IMG/VR virus record: IMGVR_UViG_3300045988_073284
Strand: one strand, 5' to 3'
Origin: a virus
DNA: 53,362 bases
Numbering within the stretch: the first letter of the stretch is position 1; every line of letters starts with the position of its first letter. Positions 17,950 through 25,910 of this stretch are shown in pieces. The notes under the pieces are model-generated. The model did not search any database. It was not told the origin of the DNA and saw nothing but the letters and a program-made list of their open reading frames with translations. The position numbers and the translations under genes were made by a program.

Positions 17950-18546
17950 ATGAAGATACTTATAGACAATGGTCATGGTGAAGAAACACCAGGTAAAAGA
18001 TCACCAGATGGTCTTTTCCGAGAATACAAGTATGCCCGACAAATAGCTGAGGAAGTTGTGAAGCAGCTCCAGGCTAAGGGCTATGATGCACAGCGTATCG
18101 TCACAGAGGATAACGATGTATCTCTGGCAGAGAGGTGCAAGCGTGTGAATGCCATCTGTGATAAGGTTGGAGCTGGCAATGTGATCCTGGTATCGGTTCA
18201 CGTTGATGCCGCTGGCAATGGTAAGTGGATGAATGCCTCTGGCTGGAGTGCTTTCACGTCACGTGGTCAGACTAAGGCAGACGTTCTGGCTTATAGCCTC
18301 TATGATGCTGCAAAGAAGATCCTGGCTGGCAAGAAGATCCGCACAGATTTCTCTGATAAGGATCCAGACTTTGAGGCTGGCTTCTACATTTTGAAGCATA
18401 CCAAGTGCCCAGCTGTGCTAACAGAGAACTTCTTCCAGGACAACAAGGATGATGTGTCCTGGCTGTTGTCACTGGAAGGCAAGAATGCTATCGTGAAGGT
18501 TCACGTGGAAGGTATCATTAATTATATCAAGGAGCATGGAAAATAA
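17950..18546 (+). CDS. N-acetylmuramoyl-L-alanine amidase (endolysin)
   Basis: Internal ATG of track ORF 17887..18546. The N-terminus MKILIDNGHGEETPGKRSPDG, together with ...SVHVDAAGN... and ...PAVLTENFFQDN..., is typical of Amidase_3-type lysins. Confidence 0.85.
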   Translation: MKILIDNGHGEETPGKRSPDGLFREYKYARQIAEEVVKQLQAKGYDAQRIVTEDNDVSLAERCKRVNAICDKVGAGNVILVSVHVDAAGNGKWMNASGWSAFTSRGQTKADVLAYSLYDAAKKILAGKKIRTDFSDKDPDFEAGFYILKHTKCPAVLTENFFQDNKDDVSWLLSLEGKNAIVKVHVEGIINYIKEHGK

Positions 18547-19150
18547 GATCAGAAGATTACTCGATAAGTGCTTTCCCTTACTTACTATAGCCCTCATTGT
18601 TGCCTGTACGTATGTGTATAGGCATACGAGGGAAACCAGGAAAGAAAATGCCAGGCTCGAAAAGAACCAGGCAGCACTTGTGGATTCAGTCAGACACAGA
18701 AAGACTGAGACAGGTAAGGAAGTGGCATCCGTCCAGAGTGTGACGGTGAACAATACAGAGCTGAAAGAACAGTTCCAGGATCTGAATGATATAGTGAAGG
18801 ATCTCAGTCTTAAGTTGAAACGTGTTCAACAGATCAACAAGGCATCCAGCGAGACGAAGATCAAGGCTGAAACAGATCTGAAAGACAGTATCATCTATGT
18901 GGATAGTTCGGCATATAAGATACAGGCGATCAGATATTCTGATCCCTGGGTGAACGTGGAGGGGATTCTTGATAAGAAGAAGGTATCCCTGGATATTGTA
19001 TCAAGAGATACCCTATACACTGTTTTACACAGAGTACCAAAAAAATTCTTATTCTTTAAATTTGGGACAAAGTGTATAAGACAGGAGATCGTATCAAGCA
19101 ATCCTCATACACGTATAACATTCGCAAGGACAGTGCTCCTGGAGAAATGA
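18536..19150 (+). CDS. Membrane-anchored coiled-coil protein after the lysin (spanin-like candidate)
   Basis: 204 aa overlapping the amidase stop. It has an N-terminal transmembrane segment (FPLLTIALIVACTYVY), then charged helical sequence. The role is inferred from position in the lysis cassette. Confidence 0.45.
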   Translation: MENKIRRLLDKCFPLLTIALIVACTYVYRHTRETRKENARLEKNQAALVDSVRHRKTETGKEVASVQSVTVNNTELKEQFQDLNDIVKDLSLKLKRVQQINKASSETKIKAETDLKDSIIYVDSSAYKIQAIRYSDPWVNVEGILDKKKVSLDIVSRDTLYTVLHRVPKKFLFFKFGTKCIRQEIVSSNPHTRITFARTVLLEK

Positions 19151-19153
19151 ACG

Positions 19154-19167
19154 CTTTTTGTGGAATA
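19154..19167 (-). repeat. Inverted copy of the TATTCCACAAAAAG arm-type repeat
   Basis: ctttttgtggaata is the exact reverse complement of 19346..19359. Confidence 0.6.
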
Positions 19168-19178
19168 AATCTATTTGT

Positions 19179-19213
19179 GGATCCGTTTGCCTGTGAAGGT
19201 GGACGGATTTTTT
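19179..19213 (+). terminator. Rho-independent terminator candidate after the lysis cassette
   Basis: Stem atccgt (19181..19186) / acggat (19203..19208), extendable by two G-U pairs, followed by ttttt (19209..19213). Confidence 0.5.
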
Positions 19214-19245
19214 CTCGAAAATTTGGCTGTTTGAAAATAAATATG

Positions 19246-19253
19246 TAACTTTG
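19246..19253 (+). promoter_or_regulatory. TAnnTTTG -7 box (taactttg) with TTTG 20 nt upstream
   Basis: taactttg at 19246..19253 and tttg at 19222..19225. No protein-coding ORF follows before the tRNA. Confidence 0.3.
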
Positions 19254-19331
19254 CACCACCGATGTAATAATCGGAACTTGCATTTGAGATCCGTGCCTAC
19301 ATTTTGGGTGCGGATTTCTTCATTTATAGAC

Positions 19332-19359
19332 CGAAGTTCTACGAATATTCCACAAAAAG
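19332..19359 (+). repeat. Direct repeat A (cgaagttctacgaatattccacaaaaag), left of the tRNA
   Basis: Matches 19633..19659 with one substitution and one fewer A. Candidate integrase arm-type site. Confidence 0.6.
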
Positions 19360-19493
19360 TGAAGGAAATGATGTAACTCTCTGATATTCATATATCAAGA
19401 TAGATCTTTCCTAAAGATAGGATCTCTGTTTCTCCCTTTGGGATATAACGGATTCAATCTGGAAATATTGCCAGGGCGATCATAAATTTATAA

Positions 19494-19565
19494 GTCTCTA
19501 TAGTTCAACGGATAGAACAGCGGTTTCCTAAACCGTAGATCTGGGTTCGATTCCCAGTAGGGATA
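19494..19565 (+). tRNA. tRNA-Arg (anticodon CCT)
   Basis: Hand-folded cloverleaf. Acceptor stem gtctcta/tagggat (two G-U pairs). D stem gttc/gaac with a GG in the loop. Anticodon stem gcggt/accgt and loop ttCCTaa (U33, A37). 4-nt variable loop. T stem ctggg/cccag with loop ttcgatt. Discriminator A; no encoded CCA. Confidence 0.85.
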
Positions 19566-19632
19566 CTTAAATCATCATAAATGATTCAGTGTTTTGCTGC
19601 ACTTTCAGCAAAAAATGATTATTTTTGCGGTG

Positions 19633-19659
19633 CGAAGTTCTACAAATATTCCACAAAAG
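19633..19659 (+). repeat. Direct repeat B (cgaagttctacaaatattccacaaaag), right of the tRNA and just upstream of the int start
   Basis: See 19332..19359. The two copies are 301 bp apart and bracket the tRNA. Confidence 0.6.
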
Positions 19660-19667
19660 CAAAAATA

Positions 19668-20948
19668 ATGGTTACATTCAAAGCAGAAGTGTACGCTCAC
19701 CAACGCAAGAAGGATGGAACGTACAACATTAAAATCAGAGTAACGCATCACCAGAAGAAGCGTTATCTTTCCACATCCTGGTTCGTGACGAAGGAGGATC
19801 TTACCAGATCCATGAAGATAAAGAACCAGAAATACATAGATCTTACCAGCGATCTCATTAAGGTGTATCGCTCCAGGTGCGAGGTTCCAAGTGAGAGGCT
19901 TGATGAAATGGATATAGACCAGGTAGTGGATCTTATCCAGAGTAAAAGACAGGAAGCCTGGGATCTGGATATTATCCAGTTTGCCGATCAGTTTATCAAG
20001 GAGCTTAGAAATACTGGGCATGAAGGCAATGCCAGAAGTTACGAGATAGCTCTCGCATCTTTGAAGAATTTCCTGGATCGTGATTCTCTATCGGTTAAGG
20101 AGATCACTGTGGGGTTCCTCAGAGACTGGATAGCCTGGATCAAGAAAGGCAAGAATATCACTACAGGTTTCGCTCCACATAACTATGTATCAAGACTGAG
20201 AGCCATCTTCAACCAGGCAAAGAAGATCTACAACGATGAAGATGCTGGCATCATCCGCATCCCTAACAGCCCTTTCCAGCACATAGACTTTCCCAAACAG
20301 CCAGTTCCAGAGAAAAGAGCAATCACGCTGGAACAACTGCAGAAGATCGCTTCTCTCCAGGATCGGAGCCAGTACCAGGTAGGAACCAACAGGTTTAATT
20401 TCTCCAGAGATCTCTTTCTTCTCTCCTTCTCTCTGATCGGTATGAATGCCGCTGATCTGTATGAGGTGGAAGCTGGAAGCCTGGTCGATGGAAGGATCAC
20501 ATACAACAGACGCAAGACCAGGAACAGAAGGGCAGATCAAGCTGAGATCTCAGTGAAGGTAGAACCAGAGGCTGCTGAGCTGATCCAGAGATACAGAGAT
20601 CCGTCTGGTGTGAAGCTATTCGATTTCTATCATAGATATGGAACCGTGGGATCATTCGAGGCGAACCTTAACAAGGGCTTGAAGAAGGTCGGAACTGCAA
20701 TAGGTGTTGAAGGGCTGGAGTTCTATGCTGCCAGGCATACCTGGGCAACGCTGGCAGTGAACCAGGCTGGAGTTGATAAGTACACGGTTCACCAGGCTCT
20801 TAACCATGTGGATGATTCTATGCGTAACACGGATATGTACATCAAGAAGTCCTATGATTGCAACGATCTCGCTAACAGAAAGGTTCTGGATCTGTCTGGT
20901 ATCGGTGTTTTGCTTAAGCAAAAGCCAGATATAGCTGGTAAACAATAA
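19668..20948 (+). CDS. int: Tyrosine recombinase / integrase
   Basis: Track ORF 19581..20948; the likely start is ATG 19668 (MVTFKAEVYAHQRKKDGTYNIKIRVTHH..., the arm-binding N-terminus typical of Bacteroidales integrases). Catalytic-region motifs are AARHTWATLA (HxxR) and ALNHVDDSMRNTDMYIKK (terminal Tyr). Confidence 0.9.
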   Translation: MVTFKAEVYAHQRKKDGTYNIKIRVTHHQKKRYLSTSWFVTKEDLTRSMKIKNQKYIDLTSDLIKVYRSRCEVPSERLDEMDIDQVVDLIQSKRQEAWDLDIIQFADQFIKELRNTGHEGNARSYEIALASLKNFLDRDSLSVKEITVGFLRDWIAWIKKGKNITTGFAPHNYVSRLRAIFNQAKKIYNDEDAGIIRIPNSPFQHIDFPKQPVPEKRAITLEQLQKIASLQDRSQYQVGTNRFNFSRDLFLLSFSLIGMNAADLYEVEAGSLVDGRITYNRRKTRNRRADQAEISVKVEPEAAELIQRYRDPSGVKLFDFYHRYGTVGSFEANLNKGLKKVGTAIGVEGLEFYAARHTWATLAVNQAGVDKYTVHQALNHVDDSMRNTDMYIKKSYDCNDLANRKVLDLSGIGVLLKQKPDIAGKQ

Positions 20949-21170
20949 GTTACAAGCCTTATTTTGCTTAAGCAAAAATATACCAGAGAATTTTGCTTAA
21001 GCAAATAGATTTTTCACGATTTATTTTGCTTAAGCAAAAGTTATAATCTACTGAAATACAAGTATTTGCAAGGCTCGCATAAATATGTATTATCTTTTTA
21101 TTTTGCTTAAGCAAAAAACATAAAACGTTTATTACCAGATAATTACAGAGCCTATTTTGCTTAAGCAAAA
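20908..21170. repeat. Array of six copies of the 16-bp perfect palindrome TTTTGCTTAAGCAAAA
   Basis: Copies read at 20908, 20962, 20991 (imperfect, ...gcaaat), 21024, 21101 and 21155. The first lies inside the last codons of int. Spacing is irregular (54, 29, 33, 77 and 54 bp). An AT-rich tata-type tract follows at 21171..21235. Confidence 0.9.
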
Positions 21171-21283
21171 GTTAGATATATAATATACTATATATAATAA
21201 TATAGATAGTATGTATAGTGTATATTCTTTGCTTCTTTCTTACGCAAAAATAGGATGCCAGAGATACCAGCATCCTATGATCT

Positions 21284-21538
21284 CTATGTGTACATTTCAC
21301 CTTTGCCAGTAAGCAGCCAGGTAGCCGAAATGTTATATACGCTCACCATAGGAACCATCCAGCTCACATCAAAGATGCTTCTGGAAAGATCCTCTCTTTG
21401 TTTTGTGAGGTTTCGCCTATCTATTCCATACAGCCTACAGTACGTGTTTACACCTCGGATGATCCTCTTAGCTATGAGATCATCCAGAGCCTGGTAGAAC
21501 CTGGAAAGAATGTTCCTATGAGCAAGATCCTTATCCAT
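21284..21538 (-). CDS. Small HTH-type DNA-binding protein (XRE/Cro-like C-terminal ...ATWLLTGKGEM)
   Basis: Track ORF 21284..21601; the probable start is ATG 21538 (MDKDLAHRNIL...). The ending SATWLLTGKGEM is the motif common in phage repressor-family HTH proteins. Confidence 0.55.
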   Translation of the reverse strand: MDKDLAHRNILSRFYQALDDLIAKRIIRGVNTYCRLYGIDRRNLTKQREDLSRSIFDVSWMVPMVSVYNISATWLLTGKGEMYT

Positions 21539-21563
21539 AAACGTGATATTTAAGATGATCAAC

Positions 21564-21595
21564 GTGTTTCTCAGCTCCTGGAGCTGAGAAAACAC
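21564..21595. promoter_or_regulatory. Long inverted repeat (15/16-nt arms) just upstream of the HTH gene start
   Basis: gtgtttctcagctcc t ggagctgagaaaacac. The arms are complementary except for a one-T bulge. No flanking T run on either strand. Confidence 0.4.
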
Positions 21596-21742
21596 GATCA
21601 CTGGAGCCGTTTATTACCTTCTCAGAAGTAATCGCAACAGAAAGCGTTTTTTCTGCCTAAAACAGTTCTTTCTCGCTAACACCTACTTGATCCACAGACT
21701 TTCTGTAGAGATCAAGAACCAAACTTACCATTTTATCCATAC

Positions 21743-22030
21743 CTATTCCTCATTAAATGTTTCCGTATTCAGCTTAACGCAACGCCGATCATCATCAAAC
21801 TCCAGGGCTATGTGAAAGCCAGGAACGATCCACTGGCAAAGCTCACCAGAATCCAGAGATGATCGGCTGGAACACTCTCCCACTACCTTTGCGATCTCCT
21901 GGTATTTCATACCTTTCATGTTCCCCAGGCTTGCAAACTTATTCTTAAGATCAGAGCCAGGTTTCTTCTGGCTATTCGCTACCAACATGATCAATGTTAC
22001 CAATGATCCTAATAATATTATCCACCACAT
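21743..22030 (-). CDS. Small N-terminally membrane-anchored protein downstream of the repressor (superinfection-exclusion-type position)
   Basis: Track ORF 21743..22102 overlaps the repressor. The internal ATG at 22030 gives MWWIILLGSLVTLIMLVANSQKK... (95 aa) and starts 15 nt after the repressor stop. Confidence 0.5.
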   Translation of the reverse strand: MWWIILLGSLVTLIMLVANSQKKPGSDLKNKFASLGNMKGMKYQEIAKVVGECSSRSSLDSGELCQWIVPGFHIALEFDDDRRCVKLNTETFNEE

Positions 22031-22044
22031 ATATAACTCCTTTC

Positions 22045-22743
22045 TTATTTTACGCTCATACAGAGCATTACACGATATATTCCGTACACATCCTTTAGGC
22101 ACACATCAAAAGGTGCATATTTAGGATCCTCATTAAGAGACATACACCTAACAAAGCCTTCTCCTTGATCCGATGGGGTAAGGATCTTAATTACCTTACC
22201 ATTACAGGTATCAAACACGTAGGCTTTTCCCCAGTCGATGAAAGCCCTTTCATTTATCTTCTTCACGAATACATGAGATCCGTTAGGATACTCTGGAGCC
22301 ATGCTGTCACCAGATACGGTGATGGCAAAATCGGCTCCAGTGATAGGAGATACTATCATTTCACATTCTGTCTTGCGCACAGAAGCATCAAAATCATTAA
22401 GAGAGCCACCTTGCGCTGATATAGGAACCAGAGGCAGATAGGTGATGGTTGGCTTATCGCCTCTCTTTGCAGCCTTCTGGCTTGATGGCTGGCTCTTAAC
22501 TTCCTGTGTTGATACACCAGGATCTTCTCCTTTCCACATAGAACCTTGACCGAAGCGCAACCAGTCCAGGTTAAGCTCTGGATAAGCCTTGCTGATCCTT
22601 CTCAGTACATCTTCACGGATATTGAAGCCTACTTTATTACACCAGCCGTTAGCTAGACCAACGGCATCCTCAAACGCTTTCTGAGTGATTTGCAGTTCCT
22701 CTAACAGAACCTTCACTCGATCTTTTGTTGTTTCCTGTTTCAT
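22045..22743 (-). CDS. cI/LexA-like repressor: N-terminal HTH plus C-terminal S24 peptidase domain
   Basis: 232 aa. The motif VSGDSMAPEYPNGSHVFV is the S24 Ser-nucleophile motif, with a downstream ...GKVIKIL Lys region. The gene is divergent from a cro-like gene. Confidence 0.85.
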   Translation of the reverse strand: MKQETTKDRVKVLLEELQITQKAFEDAVGLANGWCNKVGFNIREDVLRRISKAYPELNLDWLRFGQGSMWKGEDPGVSTQEVKSQPSSQKAAKRGDKPTITYLPLVPISAQGGSLNDFDASVRKTECEMIVSPITGADFAITVSGDSMAPEYPNGSHVFVKKINERAFIDWGKAYVFDTCNGKVIKILTPSDQGEGFVRCMSLNEDPKYAPFDVCLKDVYGIYRVMLCMSVK

Positions 22744-22849
22744 ACCTCTTTAGAGTTTAAATCTATCCAAAAACCTAATCAAATGTTAAAAAACACCCTG
22801 TACACTGAATTTATTTCTATTTTTTCTTGTCTGTTAGAAATTAAATCTG

Positions 22850-22857
22850 TATATTTG
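22850..22857 (+). promoter_or_regulatory. TAnnTTTG -7 box (tatatttg) for the early rightward operon
   Basis: Exact consensus match 65 nt upstream of ATG 22922. Confidence 0.45.
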
Positions 22858-22861
22858 CACC

Positions 22862-22881
22862 GTCATTATTAGAATAACGAC
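22862..22881. promoter_or_regulatory. Operator candidate: imperfect 9-2-9 inverted repeat gtcattatt-ag-aataacgac
   Basis: One mismatch between the arms. It starts 5 nt after the -7 box, so it overlaps the expected transcription start. Confidence 0.35.
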
Positions 22882-22921
22882 ACAAAGATAATAATATATT
22901 CTGAAATTAAGGCAAAAAATT

Positions 22922-23146
22922 ATGGAAAATCAGAAAAAAAATCAATTTAGGCAGATTTATGATGCCTTACCGCCAAGAGCTGTAGCGGCTCCAAAGGCAA
23001 GATGGGTGGAAAGAATGGCTGAGGTTGCAATGGTATCCACCAAGACAGTACGGTGCTGGCTGGCTGGTGTACAGAAGCCAGACGCAATAAAAACAAAGGC
23101 ACTCTCAGATGAACTGGGAATACCAGCAGATCAATTATTCGTTTAA
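22922..23146 (+). CDS. Cro-like small HTH regulator
   Basis: 74 aa, divergent from the repressor. The segment MVSTKTVRCWLAGVQKPDAIKTKALSDELGIPADQLF is HTH-like. Confidence 0.6.
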   Translation: MENQKKNQFRQIYDALPPRAVAAPKARWVERMAEVAMVSTKTVRCWLAGVQKPDAIKTKALSDELGIPADQLFV

Positions 23147-23164
23147 TCAAATGCAAGTCCGATT

Positions 23165-23317
23165 ATGATCAAGATCAATTTTAAAAAAGTATTCGCAAAG
23201 TCCCTTATCGTGCTGGGTATCATAGGATCAACACCTGTATTTATTGGTGCGTGGTGGTGTATTATGATGGGTATTATGCTGGCATGGCTGGGTAAAGTTC
23301 TTCTGGAGGAATGCTAA
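23165..23317 (+). CDS. Small hydrophobic protein (50 aa), below the ORF-track cutoff
   Basis: Read directly: ATG 23165 ... TAA 23315..23317, MIKINFKKVFAKSLIVLGIIGSTPVFIGAWWCIMMGIMLAWLGKVLLEEC. It fills the gap between cro and the next gene. Confidence 0.4.
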   Translation: MIKINFKKVFAKSLIVLGIIGSTPVFIGAWWCIMMGIMLAWLGKVLLEEC

Positions 23318-23318
23318 C

Positions 23319-23603
23319 ATGGCTATAACACTGGAACTATATGAGCTTAAGAATATCTGTAAGGATATGGCAGAGCTGGGAGCCGCTAACTTCTATAAGA
23401 AGATGGCTCCAGGTAAGGATCTGATCTCTCAGAGAGAGGCATACAGTGAGTATGGTGAAGCACGTGTTAAGGGATGGGTAAAAATGGAACTCGTTTCTAA
23501 ACAGAGGATCGGATCCGCAAGGAACTCGAAGCTACTATACTCCAGGGCTGAATTAATTTCAGCCGAAAAGACAGATAAGTTGAATTATTACATTAACAAA
23601 TAG
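23319..23603 (+). CDS. Hypothetical protein (possible small DNA-binding protein)
   Basis: 94-aa ORF in the early operon. No confident motif. Confidence 0.5.
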   Translation: MAITLELYELKNICKDMAELGAANFYKKMAPGKDLISQREAYSEYGEARVKGWVKMELVSKQRIGSARNSKLLYSRAELISAEKTDKLNYYINK

Positions 23604-23617
23604 ATTTATTTTCAATT

Positions 23618-25909
23618 ATGAAAGAAATTAAGCTACTTTCACTTGAACTGGTAAACTTCAAGGGTATCAGTTCCCTTCACCTGGATTTCACCGATAACAC
23701 TTGTGTGTGCGGTGCAAACGGAACAGGTAAGACTACAGTTTTCGATGCGTTCTGCTGGCTCCTTTTCGGCAAGGATAGCCATAATAGAGCTGATTCAGCA
23801 TTCAACATCAAGACACTTGATAAGGATGGTAATGTGATCTACAACCTGGAGCACTCAGTTATCGGTGTTCTTTCTGTAGATGGCAGAAGCCTCAGACTAC
23901 AGCGTACCTATCGTGAGGTATGGGTGAAGCCACGTGGAACCACGGAAAAGACACTTAAGAACCACGAAACCATCTTCTACATCAATGATGTTAAGTGTGC
24001 AACCAAGAAGGAGTATGATGCTGAGATCTCTGGCATTATTCCAGAGGGTGTTTTCAAGATGATCACTAACCCAAGATGTTTCCCTACACTTCCAGCAGAG
24101 AAGCAGAAGGAAATGCTTATGCGTATGGCTGGTGATGTTACCGATGATGAGGTGGCAGCTACAAAGACAGAGTTTGCTAAGCTCCTGGCAGAAATGGCTG
24201 GTGTACCTATGGAAAGATACCTTAAAGAGGTAGCTGCAAAGAAGAAGGCTTGCAAGGATGTTCTGGCGATCATCCCTTCACAGATCGAGACAGCTCAGAA
24301 CCTCAAACCAGCCTCAGAGGATTGGGCAGATCTGGATAAGCAGATCCAGGAGAAGCGTAAGAGTGTGAGCGAACTGGATGAGAAGTTAAAGGATCGCACA
24401 AAGGTGACACAGGATTCCTTTGAGGCTAAGAATGCCCTGGTGGTAAAACTGAACCAGAAGAAGGCTGATCTTACAGATCGTACCAACAAGATCCGTATAG
24501 AGGCTGACAGTGCTCATAACAAGGCTGTGAAGGAGGCTGATGATGCCTATAATGCCAAGATCAATGAGTACGACAAGCAGATCACCACCATCAAGAACCA
24601 GATGAGCCAGAGAGAGGGAACGCTTACAGCTACAGCTGGATCCGCTGTTACTACAGCAGACCAGGAGATCGAAGGTGTCCGCAAGCAGATCAATGCCAAG
24701 AACCAGGAGATCAAGGCACTCCAGAGCGCAAGTAATTCCCAGAACACTACACAGATCAACCTGGCTGGTATCATCAAGAAGTACACTGCCAACATCAAAG
24801 TAATGGAAGATTCCGTACAGGCTAAGCGCAATGAGTACACAGAGAAGGCTAAGGAACAGCTTGCTTTCGATCCTAACGATTTCATTTGCCCTACCTGTAA
24901 GCGACCTCTGGATGATGATGATTGTGAGGCTAAGCGCAAGGAGCTGCAGAAGAACTTTGAGGATGAAAAGACCAAAAAGCTCAAAGAGATTCAGACAGCT
25001 GGAAAGCAGATGGCTTCACAGCTTGCTCAGCTCAAACAGGAACTGGATTCCTATAATACCCAGCTGAAACAGCTTAATGATTCTATCGCTGAGACACAGA
25101 AGGAGCTACAGGATGCCCAGGGAGATCTCTTGTCTCTCCAGCAGACACTACAGGAAAAGATCGAGAGCAGACCAGCTGAGCCAGACTATGCGAAGGTTCT
25201 AGCATCCGATAAGGCTTACCATGATCTTTCCGTCTTGCTTGCAACCGCTGTAGATAATAAGTCGAAGGTGGAGAAGGCTACCATCCCAGATCCTATCTAC
25301 TCAGAGATAGAGGCAGCAGAACAGACTTGCATCGACCTTAAGAACAGCATCACAGAGCTGCAGAACAAGATTGATAACTTCAAGGATGCCGATCCTGTGG
25401 ATACCTCAGACATAGAGGAACAGAAGAAGGCTATCAATGGAGAAATCGAGGATCTTGTTAAGCGCATGGCTAAGCGTGATACCATCAAGAAGGCAGACGA
25501 TGAGATCAAGAAGCTGGAACAGAAACAGGATAAGAACAACCAGGAGCTGGCTGAGCTGGAAGGTATCGAATACAATGCGCTCCAGTTCCAGAAGAAGAAA
25601 GATTCCTTGCTTATGGAGCGTATTAACGGAATGTTTGAGATCGTTTCCTTCTCCTTCGTATCTAACCAGTTGAACGGTGGCGAAAAGCTCACGTGTGTAT
25701 GCACTGTGAACGGAACTCCTTATCCAGACGTGAACCACGCTGGCAAGATCAATGCCGGTTTGGATATTATCAATGCGATCTGTAAGAGCGAGGGTGTGTG
25801 TGCTCCGATCTTTGTTGATAACGCTGAGAGTATCAACGATGTACTACCAACAGTAAGCCAGAAGGTGATGCTGTGCGTAACAAGAGATTCATCATTAATT
25901 ATTAAGTAA
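23618..25909 (+). CDS. SMC/Rad50/SbcC-like ATPase with central CxxC hook
   Basis: The N-terminal Walker A is CGANGTGKTTVFDAFCWLLFG. A long coiled coil follows, with a central FICPTCKRPL (Rad50-type zinc-hook CxxC). The C-terminal PIFVDNAES is a Walker B/D-loop. Confidence 0.8.
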   Translation: MKEIKLLSLELVNFKGISSLHLDFTDNTCVCGANGTGKTTVFDAFCWLLFGKDSHNRADSAFNIKTLDKDGNVIYNLEHSVIGVLSVDGRSLRLQRTYREVWVKPRGTTEKTLKNHETIFYINDVKCATKKEYDAEISGIIPEGVFKMITNPRCFPTLPAEKQKEMLMRMAGDVTDDEVAATKTEFAKLLAEMAGVPMERYLKEVAAKKKACKDVLAIIPSQIETAQNLKPASEDWADLDKQIQEKRKSVSELDEKLKDRTKVTQDSFEAKNALVVKLNQKKADLTDRTNKIRIEADSAHNKAVKEADDAYNAKINEYDKQITTIKNQMSQREGTLTATAGSAVTTADQEIEGVRKQINAKNQEIKALQSASNSQNTTQINLAGIIKKYTANIKVMEDSVQAKRNEYTEKAKEQLAFDPNDFICPTCKRPLDDDDCEAKRKELQKNFEDEKTKKLKEIQTAGKQMASQLAQLKQELDSYNTQLKQLNDSIAETQKELQDAQGDLLSLQQTLQEKIESRPAEPDYAKVLASDKAYHDLSVLLATAVDNKSKVEKATIPDPIYSEIEAAEQTCIDLKNSITELQNKIDNFKDADPVDTSDIEEQKKAINGEIEDLVKRMAKRDTIKKADDEIKKLEQKQDKNNQELAELEGIEYNALQFQKKKDSLLMERINGMFEIVSFSFVSNQLNGGEKLTCVCTVNGTPYPDVNHAGKINAGLDIINAICKSEGVCAPIFVDNAESINDVLPTVSQKVMLCVTRDSSLIIK

Positions 25910-25910
25910 T

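Noticed and set aside
20908-21170. Could the repeated 16-bp elements be a CRISPR array?
   Set aside because: The repeats are too short (16 bp) and perfectly palindromic, the spacing is irregular (29-77 bp), and there are no cas genes. A protein-binding-site array fits better.
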